Of a stretch of DNA of 64,000 bases, positions 39,251 to 52,044 are shown in pieces. The notes beneath the pieces are model-generated. The model saw only the letters and a program-made list of their open reading frames with translations, did not search any database and was not told where the DNA came from. Every line of letters starts with the position of its first letter. The first letter of the stretch is position 1. The stretch is from Euprymna scolopes (taxonomy: Eukaryota), in the NCBI GenBank assembly GCA_053919585.1, contig CM132803.1. One strand, given 5' to 3'. The translations under genes and the position numbers were made by a program.

Positions 39251-40433
39251 AAGTTTTTAAGTATTTTAAAATGAAATGTATATGTTTTCATTATAATAAA
39301 TATGGAAACTGATTATATAAAAGTATGTTGGATTTTTTTTTAATAATGCAGACTTTCACTTTTTGAAAAGTGTATTTAAAATAATTAATACAAAAAGAAA
39401 TGTTAACCTTTTTATTTTTCTTCTAGTCCAAGGTGTATGATAGAAACAGATTCCATAATCTTTATTTAGCTTGCTTTCCTCTGTGTACCAATTCATATGC
39501 ATGTTTTCTAAACTTGTAGTAGTGCTCTGGAATATTTTTACAATATATATATATATATATAATTTATTTGTTTTAATAAATTAAAGTAGAAGTGAAAATG
39601 AAAAGTTTATTTAAATTTCAATCAAATGTAATATCCGCATCTGATAAATGTATGATATATGCATCTTTGGATGTGTTAATAATTCTCTTTATAGAAAAAG
39701 GAACAAATAGCATGATTTTTATATGAGACTGACATTGAAATAAAAAATATATCTATGAAAGATTTTATAAACTTGAGCACACATGCACCTTGTAAATATA
39801 ATAGTTACTTTATTTTGTTTGTAGAAAATAGTTTATATTTTTATTTATTAGCATACAATATGGGAGAGAACAAGGATGGTACCACAATTTCAATAGCTAA
39901 GGTCGTACTGCCACCCTTGGACCACCACTAGTTTTTATCATTAAACAGGGTATAAAAGAAACATATATTCATCTGTGAAATTGGTGTATTGAGATACTTA
40001 ATTTTGGGCGGTTGATGACATCACACATTAAAACAATCATTTTTGATCCCAGATAAACATGGGAAATTATATTACATTGCATTACTAGCTTGTTTACTTG
40101 CTTAGAATTTCCCCAGGACTCAGTGATTCTACCCTAAACACTGGGTGTAATCCTGATTCATAATCCCATCATTCGATTTACATAAAAATTTTACTCCATA
40201 ATGGTTAATTTCTTACCGCTTCTAAATATCTATTTAGATTTTTTTTAAAGTTGAAGACTCACATGATAAAAAACATATAATTTCTATTAAAATACGTTCA
40301 TTTTTTTTTTTTAATTTACTTCTTTTTATTATTTTTCTAAAGATAGGGTGGTATTATTCTATAAATTGTATATGTATATGTGTTACTATCATTTGAAATA
40401 TCTTTCATCTTTTAAACATTTTTATATTTTTAG

Positions 40434-40696
40434 ATGTATACCCTTCACAGTATTGTAATCCTCCACCTTCACGGAGTGATCAACAACAAACAACTAATAT
40501 AAGGCCTTTAGCACAGATGGTCAGCTACCCCAGTGATACCACTATAGTGGCCCGAGGTTTCTACACACCCTATATGAATGAAAGTAATCTTCACACAGAT
40601 ACTAGTTCTTCTAATAGACAATTACAATCTAGGAATATATCTACAAGTGGAAGTCAGTCTTCTATCAATAGACCTTTACCACCTGTACCTCAGTAA
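40434..40696 (+). CDS. Protocadherin gene 4, terminal exon B
   Basis: TTTTAG acceptor; DVYPSQYCNPPP...RPLPPVPQ*. Not in the ORF track. Confidence 0.9.
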
Positions 40697-41502
40697 AATA
40701 TGTAAAAAAAAAAATACTTAATTATTTATTTGGATTTATATGTTAATTAATATATGGAAATTTTTCTTTTAATATTAGATATTAAATTTTGCACTTTTAT
40801 TTTAAAAAAAGTATTTATTAAGTTATTATTTTATCAGTTTTTTGATTTATTATTAAATATATATTTATAGTTAAATTTCAGAGACAATTTTGGCAAATTA
40901 AAATCGAAATTTTAGTCTTAAATAAAATATTTCTTTAAGTTGCTTCCTCATTTTGACTATTATTCCATTTTAATCCTTAATGTAATTCATTTTCTTACAA
41001 AATATATTTAGAATAATTTTTCTGTAGCATCAATGTTTTCTTACAAAAATAATAAATGGTCTTAATTTAATACTAATTTTTTGGTTTTCAAAATATATTT
41101 CAATTATTTAAAAATATATCTTTGCAAGTTAATTCTATGATCCAAATTATATATTGACTAAAACAATATTATGAAGATATCATTTATGCTTATTAAAAGT
41201 TAAAAAGTACTGGAAATGTCTTTAGATTAGAGCAAAGTGTTTTACTTCATTGTTAGAGATAGAAAGAAGAAATTAAATCTAAAAAGAAGAATAGATTTGT
41301 TTGCCTATTGCATCTTGGGAGTATTTTATTTATTGATAAGTTTACAAAATAAAAATGAAATATTTTACAAATACTTTGATTATTTGATGTTTTATATGCA
41401 TACATACATGTTTTTAATAATTATGTAAAAAACTAGAAAGTTGGCCTATATTCGCTTTTCAATACGAAATTTGTGGCCCTGTTGTCAAACAGAATGAATA
41501 CA

Positions 41503-41650
41503 GCAGCCATGACACAGGCTGCACACTCTTTAGGACTACTGGCCTTTGTTTAATTTTACTCAAAAAGAAACATGATGCAAGAATAGAACCTCATCAAAAG
41601 TATTCCTATTAAATAGCTGTCAGTTCACATGAGCAAGTGTAACACTAAAG
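41503..41650 (+). promoter_or_regulatory. Gene 5 conserved upstream motif and putative non-coding first exon
   Basis: AGCCAT 41505-41510, TAGGA 41531-41535, donor CTAAAG|GTAAGT at 41650/41651. Confidence 0.7.
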
Positions 41651-42577
41651 GTAAGTTGACAGTAAATATTTATTTTCTTTGTCTCTAAACATGAAAAATA
41701 GAAAAACGTATGAAATTATACAGGCAGAGGAATATAAAAATATGTACTTCATACAATCTCTTTTCTAATTTTAAAAAGTAAGGTATTACAAATTATTATA
41801 ACTATTATTGATTTATTTTTCGAATTAACCTCCTTTGGAATTACATATTTAATAATCTACCTTTTATTTTTGCAATAAAAGGAATGGCTAAAATGATAGA
41901 TTATTTTACATTCGTCAGAATTTTTTAGGATTATAATTTTGTATATGCCATCATTTTTTTTTTATTGTAAACTGATGTTTTATGTATTTATTATTTATCA
42001 TATAAATAAGAATGACTTGCTAAATATTTAAACGTTTTTAATCATTTTGAAAATGTTTCTAAGATAACTTTTAATACGTCTTATTTCAAGCATTTATTAT
42101 TTTAAATAAATATTGAATATTCAAATTATGTTTTCTACAATTAAATTATTTTTTATATATTATTAAATTATCAACATATTCATATTTTCATTTAATGAAG
42201 AGAAAAATAATGACATACTATTTTTTCCATTGTTTATTAAAGAATGAGTTACAAAAAATTCCGAAATATTTCAACAGAAAAAAAAAAATAACAGCCAAAA
42301 CAAAATTATAAAAAAAACTCAAGTATGGCATTTAAAAATAAATGTTAATTTTTATTTTCAAAGTGATTAATCTGATTTTTAATTAAAAAGAAATAATTGC
42401 GAAATAATTTCATATTTCCAATTTAAAAAAAAGAAATTAAAATATTACAAAACATTTTTAAGCTAGTCTAACAATTTTAAATAACTAAAATAAACCATTT
42501 ATAAGTTTAAACATTGTGTGAAAAATAATTTTAATATTTAATTTCAGAAGTCTCCATATCCTTTGACGACCTGAATT

Positions 42578-44992
42578 ATGTTTCCTCTAAAGAAGCTGCT
42601 GAAAAATATATGCATAATATTTATTATCATACACATCGGATTGTGCATAGATATTACTTACTATGTTGAAGAAGGAAGACAACCAGGTACATATGTAGGT
42701 GATGTTGCAAATGATTCACAAATGATGAAGGATATCCCGGATTCTGACCACAATCGAATTGAATTTAAGCTTCTTCATAAAGGAGCTACTGGCAATTCCC
42801 CAATATTTAAAATATCAAAAAGAACTGGAAAACTATACACTGCACAAACATTAGATGCAGAATCACTTTGTCATTTTGAAAAAGAATGTTTTCAAACGAT
42901 AAATATAGCAGTTAAAAAATCAACAACTGTTTTCAAGTTATTAGAAATCAAAGTAATAATACAGGACATAAATGATCATCAGCCAGAGTTTCCGGATAAA
43001 CAAATTACTATAGAATTTGAAGAAGGAAATGGTAAAGGTATGAAAAGATCAATTCCAAATGCCATAGACAAAGATGTAGGAATCACTAATTCACAAATTA
43101 CTTATGAACTAAAAAAGACCAAAGATGAACCTTTCATATTATCTACAATGAAAAAAGTTGATGGAACATCTGATCTAAGTATAGAATTAGAAAGAATGTT
43201 AAACAGAGAAAACAAGGATTCTTATACAATTGAAGTAATTGCAAAAGATGGAGGATCCCCACCAAAACAAAGTGTATTGACTGTTCACATTTCAATCACA
43301 GATGTAAATGATAATAAACCAATATTTTCTAAAAAGGTTTATAATGTTTCTATTGACAGCAAACACAATGAAGCCAAACCAGTTGTCATATTATCTGCTA
43401 AAGATTTAGATTCTGGAGAAAATGGCAAAGTAAAATATCATATTACGGCAAAAACAACTGAAAGCACAAGAAAGATATTTGATTTAAATGAAATTACTGG
43501 AGAATTATTTCTACATAAAAAAGACATATTAAATAAAAAAGTGATATATAAGTTATATGTGGAAGCTAGAGATGGGGGTAATCCACCTCTACGATCATTA
43601 GCAATGGTTTTTGTAAATGTTATTAACCAGCAAAATAAAGCTCCATTAATAGACGTAAACTTTTTCTCTACATCCAGAGAAAACACAGTTGATATTTCTG
43701 AGGACATAAAAGTTGGTAGTTTCATTGCTTATGTAAAAGTAAGTGATGAGGATGCTGGTCAGAATGGAGAGGTGAACTGTGAAATAAAACATGATAAATT
43801 TCAGCTTCAGAAGATGGGAATCCTTAAATATCAAGTAATTGTAAAAAGTCATTTAGATCGTGAAAGAGAAGAACAACATGATATTATAATAATGTGTCAA
43901 GACAAAGGATCTCCTCCATTAAAAACTAAAAGCAAGTTCTCAGTTCAAGTGTTGGATGTTAACGATGTAGAACCAGTGTTTTCTAAACAATTATTTAAAT
44001 TCTTCATTGATGAAAACCAGAGATCGAAAATTCCTATTGGCACAATCAATGCCACAGATCCAGACTTGGGACTTGGAGGTAAACTGTCTTTTTCTTTAGT
44101 GAGCACCAATAAACAATTTGTACCATTTCGAATCACTGAAAATGGATTAATCTCTTCAATTATGTCTTTAGACCATGAGTTTCAAGATACTTATAATTTT
44201 GAAGTGTTTGTAAAAGACAAAGGAAGTCCATCATTGAATAACACAGTGAATGTGATTGTTAAGGTGAGAGATGAAAATGATAATGCTCCATATTTCACAT
44301 TTCCCAGTGTTAATCCTTATAATATGGATGTAACATATTACCCGCATCATACAAAGAACATCAGCCAGATAAAGGCATCAGACAGTGACAGTCAAGAGAA
44401 TGCATTTCTAAAATATGAAATAATCAGAGGCAATAGCAAACAGATATTCAGCATCAACCAGTACACTGGTTTGTTATGTTCAACTCATGTCCTAAGCCAA
44501 CAAGATGCTGGCTCATATGAGCTGGAGTTTCTAGTGAAGGACAGTGGTAGCCCAGTTCTATCAGCCAGAACTACTGTATATTTGACATTGACCATAAGCA
44601 ACAAGACATCAGAAATGCTAAATGCTGTTAACATAAAAAAAGATAACAAGATCCACCTGACTTCAGCAATTATCATTGTGTCTGTAGCAGTGACAATAGC
44701 TGTGATCATTACAGCTTCAATCTCAGTGTGTATCCTTCGCTGTTGCAATCCTCGAAGTGTTCCAGTAGCAGAAGGCGGATATGTGAGTAGTGGTCAGAGA
44801 CATTTGATAAGTCCTCCTTACCCAGCCAATCCTTGGTCTAATGTTGCTCTTCCTACAAGTGATGCAGTTGATATGAGAAGAAGCAATCAACCACCAACAC
44901 CCAGAATGCAAACCCATCCTTACTCAAGTGCTCAACAAATGCTGTCATCACAAGCATCAAAGCCACAACCTATTCACGATTCTGTATCTCAA
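42578..44992 (+). CDS. Protocadherin gene 5, large exon
   Basis: Acceptor TTTCAG at 42547, six EC repeats plus TM, donor CAA|GTAAGT. Confidence 0.94.
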
Positions 44993-45143
44993 GTAAGTAT
45001 GTTTATATCTTTGACTTTCTTGCTTTGATATTTTAAATACATATAATAAAAAATCTTTTCTACAATTTGAAACATTTTGTACTAATATCTTCACCAACTG
45101 AAATTGTCAGTTTGGTCTAATTTCTTTATTTTAATTTTCGCAG

Positions 45144-45306
45144 ATGTATATTCAAGATATTGCACTGCCATCGAACAGCAAGAGATGTAATAAAAGAACT
45201 ATCAACACACAAGGATTTTCCAGTAGAAGTTCCATAAAATCTACACACAATGAAAATCATCAAGGACTGAATGAAAGAAACTCAAGTCAAACTGAAGAAA
45301 TATCAG
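45144..45306 (+). CDS. Protocadherin gene 5, cytoplasmic exon A
   Basis: GCAG acceptor, donor TCAG|GTTTGT, 163 nt. Confidence 0.88.
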
Positions 45307-45924
45307 GTTTGTCTCTGAATATCCATGTTGATATCTCCTATAATCTCACATTATATCTTGCTTTAAGATAACTCATTAATCTGAGATGCAAGTGATTTTT
45401 TTTATTTGAATAGGTTTCTTTACTTTTTTGTTAATATACTTTATTTAGAATTCGTACTTTTGTATATACTTATATATACATATATATATATATATAAAGT
45501 AAATATATAAATAATTATTAAATAGTTTAGCTGTGTGTCAGTATGGCAAAATATCTAAATGCTGCTAAAAATTCACTATTACAAAATGCCTTGAAAAACT
45601 GATTACGGAATAATTATAAGTATTGATACAATTGGTCTATTTTTTATCTTAAATTCATACTGAATTAGAACAAGTATTCTACTAATAGAATTCACCTTGA
45701 ACAGAACGATTTGAACCATTTTCTCTTATTAAAATTAAAATCAATATATATATATACGCTCCTAAACCTTATGTTCAGAATCTTTATTCTAATTGTGATC
45801 AAATTCCATTAAATTTAAAAGAATATTTATTAATTGAATTATCGTTAAAATTTAATAAAAATGGGAGATATCTGAAAATTGACAAAGACTCCTCCACCCT
45901 TTGCATGAAACTAAATATAATGCA

Positions 45925-45976
<52 letters not shown>

Positions 45977-46049
45977 GCAAACATTATTAAATGCAACAGA
46001 GATACTTTGCTTTATGATTCTTTTTTTTTTTTTTTTTTTTTTTTTTGAT

Positions 46050-48150
46050 AAATACTAATGAAGATTCCATGATTGTTACTGTCACGAGCGGTTTTGATTC
46101 GCACATGAATCATCTTCAGGTGTTGAGGAAGTAAAAGTGAGAAGGAGCGAAAATGGAAATCAAAAAGTGAAAAGTAAAATATACATTAAATCGCGTTAGG
46201 TGATTGTAAGGTAAAATATATAAAGTCAATTAAAATATAGATCGATTAAAAATTATAGTATTAAAATCAGCAAGTTCATGGGAACTATTGGTGAAGTCTG
46301 TCCATTACACGCTTCGCAAGATATTTTAACACATTGCTGCTTTTCTCGAATTATTTATAGTAGGGTGATGAGTTCCAATATAAGATGCTTCAAGAATATT
46401 TGAATTTTTTAAGATTAATTTAAATATAATTTTTGTGTTGTCAATGACGATTTTTCTAAGATTGGAGTGGGAACAGTTGGGTTCTGTTATTAAATGTTGA
46501 TATATAGTGTTAGTATTGTTTAAATGCATGGTGATTCGCCGGGACAACGTTGTCGTTGTATGCCCGATGTATTATTCTTATATTTATTTTACAAAGTTAC
46601 ATTCTCCTAGAGAGCATTTGAATTTATACACTACATTGGTTTGTTCCAATGTTTTTATAGCCACCGAGGAGTTGTTTCTAACAACAGGGTTTTGTGTTCT
46701 AAACTTCTTGTAGTAAATAATAAATTTAATTTTAGAGTTGCTATCAATAGGCATAAAATATCTACGAACAATAGTTTTAATTGCATTTTCTTCGATTCTG
46801 AAGTTAGGTACCATTTGATTTGGGTGAAATATATTAATGGAGTTTACATTACGATGCTGGCTAATATTATTATTAGGGGTTTAAAGTGATTGTAGCATTC
46901 ATTTTATTTATTCATCGACAATGTAATTCGGAAAGTAATTGTTAATAAGTACTTTAACGTTTTTTATTTCAGTGAGTAGTGCCTTTTTTGTGGATATCAT
47001 TTTAGCGTGATTAAATAAATTTTTAATTATGGCTATTTTGTACCTTTGTGGCACTAACTCTTAAAGTTTAGGAGGCTGGAGTTTATGCTCGTTTGTTTTT
47101 TTATATACAAAGGTGTTAAAAGTATTATTGGACATATCAATAAGAACGTCAAGAAATAAAATTTTATTATTATTATTCAACTCTACTGTGAACTTAACGA
47201 TTGAGTTTTTTTGAAAAAGGTCCTGTAATTGGTATATCCGTTCATTATTCTCAGCTAAAATAAGAATGTCGTCCACGTAGCATACATATATAGGGGGCTT
47301 TAAATTATTTTTAAATATTTTGTTCTCTAGATCTGCCATGTACAATTCACCAAGAACTGATCTCATTGCTATTCCATCTATTTAGGTATATATGTTACCG
47401 TTGGCGTTATACAAGGGTACCTGTGTAGTGCAGATTAATAGTAATTTTTTAAAATATTTTTTTATTCATTCTAAGTGGAGAGAGTGACGAATTATTATAA
47501 ATGTTGATAATTATATCAATTGTTTCCGCAACAGGTACATTAGTAAATAAACTTTCTACATCGAGAGAAGCAATTATTTTGTTTTCCGGTTGCATCGATT
47601 TAAGTATTTTCATTAGTTTGTGTGTGGACTTCATGCTATATTTGCTTGGAATATACGGGCTAATAAGTTTGTTTAAGGTTTTTGTAAAAAAATAGATGGG
47701 AATAGAAATTTGGGATATGATAGGTCGGAGAGGAGAATTAGGTTTATGTATCTTGACTGTCCCATATAGATATAGGTAACCAGGTTTATAGTCTCCAATT
47801 ATTTTAGGGAGTTGATAATTACCAATTTGTGTGTTATTTGTTGTAAATAGTTTGTTAACCTGTGTTTTTAGTGCATTTGTAGGGTTTTTATTAATTTTTT
47901 AAAATTGCGTACGATCATTAAGAATGTTTTTAAGGTTTTCATTATAATCAGGTTTGTTAAGGATGACAAAGATGTTTGATTTATCAGCATTTTTTTATAA
48001 CTATATTAGGATGGTTACGTAGTTCTTTGGCAGCATTTTTTAGATTGGTAGTTAGTAATGAGTTGTATTGTTTTTTTTTATAAAATCAAGTTTTTATGGC
48101 TTCCGCTTTTAGAATATTTCGTAACTGTGTGCGTGTTTGTATATATATGG
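46050..48150 (-). mobile_element. Decayed Penelope-like retroelement (RT plus GIY-YIG endonuclease)
   Basis: SLDVESLFTNVPV, YVDDILI, FLDVLI, VVYKFKCSLGEC...YIGHTTTTLSRRITMHL; stops and frameshifts. Ends approximate. Confidence 0.88.
46083..46122 (-). ncRNA. Degenerate minimal hammerhead ribozyme at the Penelope terminus
   Basis: - strand: CAC CTGAAGA T GATTC atgtgc GAATC AAAA CCGC TC GTG; the GAAA core reads AAAA. Confidence 0.55.
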
Positions 48151-48659
48151 TTCGCCTTCTAAAAGTTGTACGTATCATTGTTAATGCGTTCATTTGGATA
48201 GTAAATGTAGTCTTTTAGAAGATACATCTGTCTTACTTAAAAGATACATCTGTCTTACTTAAAAAATGCTAGGTTTATTTTTGGTGCCTTGAGAAAAAAA
48301 ACACCCAATATTTTTGCTGATGAGGAGACTTTGTTTCAAAAAACTATAATGATTAAATTATTGCCCAAGACTCAATGTCTTTCACAATTTAAACATTGTT
48401 TCCGAAACGATCGTACAATTTATTGATTTTGTTTGTTTTTCCTTATGAAACCGATTTTTAATTTTTAATTTTAATTATAAATTATCAATCATCTTACTTT
48501 ATATTAAAATAGCTCTAGGATATATTTGCCTATCGAGCTTATTATATATCTACATTACAATGAGCACTGTTTTCTTTTCTTTTATTTTAATTGTATTAAT
48601 GAATGTACTAATACATTACAATATACTCTGCTCTTTAGACTCTTGTTCTAATCCCCTAA

Positions 48660-48660
<1 letters not shown>

Positions 48661-48730
<70 letters not shown>
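48661..48730. repeat. (TA)n(CA)n microsatellite; similar tracts at ~1085, 10330, 14146 (TC), 32567, 45926, 49905, 62838
   Basis: Direct reading. Confidence 0.95.
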
Positions 48731-49132
48731 AACAAACACTAACAGTGTCTATTAATATTGCCTGAATGTGTTTTGACTTTTGCATTTGTTTGGTTTATAT
48801 GGAAGTAATAGTAATTTTGCTTATGAAAGTAAAATGATGATGCTAAGTACTGACTTTATTGTTACAAATATAGAATGCCCTCTTTGGAGTGGATCAGAGA
48901 GGTTGATTAGTATCCCCACAATAAATTGACTTTGTGTCTAACTTTGATGCTGAGAATGAAGCCAATAAATAAATTTGTCAAGTGTTTGTCAATGAAGAAA
49001 TCCTTCTAGACTGTGGCAATTATCATTTTTGTTTCCAGTAAATCAAAAGAGTTTTTTTTTCTGAAGGAACCCTCATCCTCTCTTTAAAAACTGACCTCTT
49101 ATTTAACTTTGGATTTGCTTTATATTTTTCAG

Positions 49133-49401
49133 ATGTGTATCCATCTCAGTATTGTAATCCACCCCCTTTACAAAATCAACAACAAACTTCTGAAATGAGG
49201 CCCTTGGGACAAACTGCCAACTACCCCAGTGATACTACTATAGTAGCTAGAGGCTTTTACACATCCTATATGAATGAAAACAGTCCTTATAATGATGCTA
49301 ATACTACTAGTTCTTCTAATAGACGTTTAGCATCAAGTAATGTATCTGTTAGTGGTAGTCAGACTTCAATCAGCAGACCTCTGCCACCTGTGCCACATTA
49401 A
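49133..49401 (+). CDS. Protocadherin gene 5, terminal exon B
   Basis: TTTCAG acceptor; DVYPSQYCNPPP...RPLPPVPH*. Confidence 0.9.
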
Positions 49402-49923
49402 AACAACATTGTTAATGCATTTTCATATATTTTTTAACCTCTTAAGTAATAGATACATATGTCTCACTTGACAGACATGTGAGCTTATTTCGGATTGTTT
49501 TTTTTTTTTAATTGCCACTGAAAAAAAAATTAGAAAATGTTCATATTTTTTTTTTAGTTTATTTAAATCAAATAATTTGGAGATATGTACTTAGTTTTCT
49601 TTGATCTGCTAAATAGCCATATTAGTGAGGCATCCAGCAAGATTTCATATTGTATTTTGTATAATAGATTTGAACTTATTGTCATTAAAGTATTATTTAC
49701 CTTACATGATATCTAATTTTAGAGCCTCATATATTATATTTGCCCATTAAACCAATATAAATTTTCCTTAATATTAACTTTAATGACACTTATATATTAT
49801 TGTAAGCATGGTCTGCTGACTATAGTAGTTTTTCTATTAGAAATTTAGATATTAAAAATATTTTCAGATGAAAATTAAAATATAAAAATATTACTATTAT
49901 TATCTCCCTCCCTCTCTCTCTCT

Positions 49924-49973
<50 letters not shown>

Positions 49974-50280
49974 TATTAATATACTGCTAAATGTTTTTAT
50001 GCAATCTCTGATATAAGAATATAAACAAACTGAGATACTAATTTATAGACATTGACAGATTGAAGGAAGTAATTCATAATGAAAGAATCGCTGAATTTGA
50101 ATGTTTCGGTTGCTATGTAGACTTTTTAATTTCATTAGTTAAATTCCTAATTATAAGTTTTTCCTAAGTTTTTTATTCATATATTAGCAAATATATTTTA
50201 AAAAATTAAAAATAAAATTAGTTTGAAATTAAAAATGTATTCACTGCGTATATTTATTCTAAAATAACTCAGTATGCTTG

Positions 50281-50431
50281 GCAGCCATTACACAGACTAC
50301 ACAATACTCAGGATACTTGGCTCGTGTGAAAAATACAAAATAAATATGTTTCAACATGTAAATATAAAAAGCATCAGTGGTAATCCAGTTGATGTAGCTG
50401 ACATTTGGCATGAGCAGATGTAACAACAAAG
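50281..50431 (+). promoter_or_regulatory. Gene 6 conserved upstream motif and putative non-coding first exon
   Basis: AGCCAT 50283-50288, CAGGA 50309-50313, donor AACAAAG|GTGAGT at 50431/50432. Confidence 0.68.
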
Positions 50432-52044
50432 GTGAGTTTGCCATTAATTTATTTTCCTTCATTTTCTTTGTTAATTGAAATGGATGAAGACGGTAGTAGA
50501 AGGATGGAAGTGCATCGGTTTTGTTATGAATGTGTGTGACTGAAATTTACTAGTGTATAGAACAAAACAGCATAAGACGATTCTCATTGTTTTATTTGGA
50601 TTGTTTAATTCTCTTATTAAACTTGAAAAATTATGTAGTTAAAATAAATACTATATTTAAATTTTTTCAAGTTTTTTTTATTTAACACTTAATAAAATGT
50701 TGGTCTATCAATGTTTTTTTATTCTACTGCTGTAGATATTCGCTAAGTCAGAAGAATCTTTGTATTAACAAAATAATAATAAATCGTTGCTGTCTTAAGG
50801 ATTAATTAATATTAATTTTTTGTTGATAAAGAGAGACTACTGACTTACAAAATAATATTATTACAAAATTTCATGTGTGTGTATATATTTTTTTAAATAG
50901 TATTTTTTTATCTTTTAAATCTAATTATACACATGAAATATTTTATTTTAGAATTATTTTTTTACATTTCATTTTCATTTGGATCTATTTAATTATTATT
51001 AATATTTTGTGAATATTTTTTTTTCAATTGTAAAATTTATACAATATAAAAATCAGTTGTAAAATAAAAGGATTTATACAGTATTTTGAAATACATGTAT
51101 AATTGTGAATTTATTTTAAAATCCTAGTATTTTTATCTTTTATTAATTTAAAATGTATCTAGGATTTTATCATTATTATTTGGAGATTATTTATTGTGCT
51201 GCTTTTTAAAAAAAGTTATAGTATTTAAGTTTAAAATTATATTGTAAACTCCTGTATCTAAATATTAGTTTTTTTTCTTAAATATTTACCATCTACATGT
51301 TCTTTCATACACATCATTATCTGAAACAAGAATTTTAAGAATAATCTATTAGATTAGGATAATAATACACATTGAGTCAATGTTGAAATAATGTTCACAT
51401 ATTATTTAGAGTATATTGATAGTTATATAACACAAACATTTGCATTTAATAAATGAAATATATTAATTAATTAAGAAAAAATATATTGAGTGGCACAAGA
51501 TTATTCTTTAAATTTCACTTTTTAATGGATATTTTTTTTAATTAAATTATTATTAAATAGTTATTCATTAGATACTACAAACAGATAATATATTTAAAAA
51601 GGAAATCGAAGTATTTTTTCATTTCATACACCTTTAAATTTCATTTATTATCTAAATGACTATTAATTTGTCCCTATTTTGCAGGGTCATTTGTTACTGT
51701 TATTATCATTGATTTACATTTAAAATTCTCTTTCTCTATATAAAAAATTATGAACCATCTAATTAATTTTGACTATATGTGTTTATTCTGCATTTACACT
51801 TTTATATAAAGATTAATTTTTAATTCAAGTAAAACCATATTCACAAACTTAAATAGAAACATATGTGATATACTTGTATTATCATTTACTTATGAAAATT
51901 ATTGAAATCATTAAAAGTGTTAGATACTTACTATTTTTTTATGCTTTTTTTTTTTTTTTTTGCTTAAAATTTCAGATGTTGTAAAGAATGGAAGTGATTT
52001 TTTAGGATATTAAACAGTAAATAAAAGATATTATTTTGGTAACA

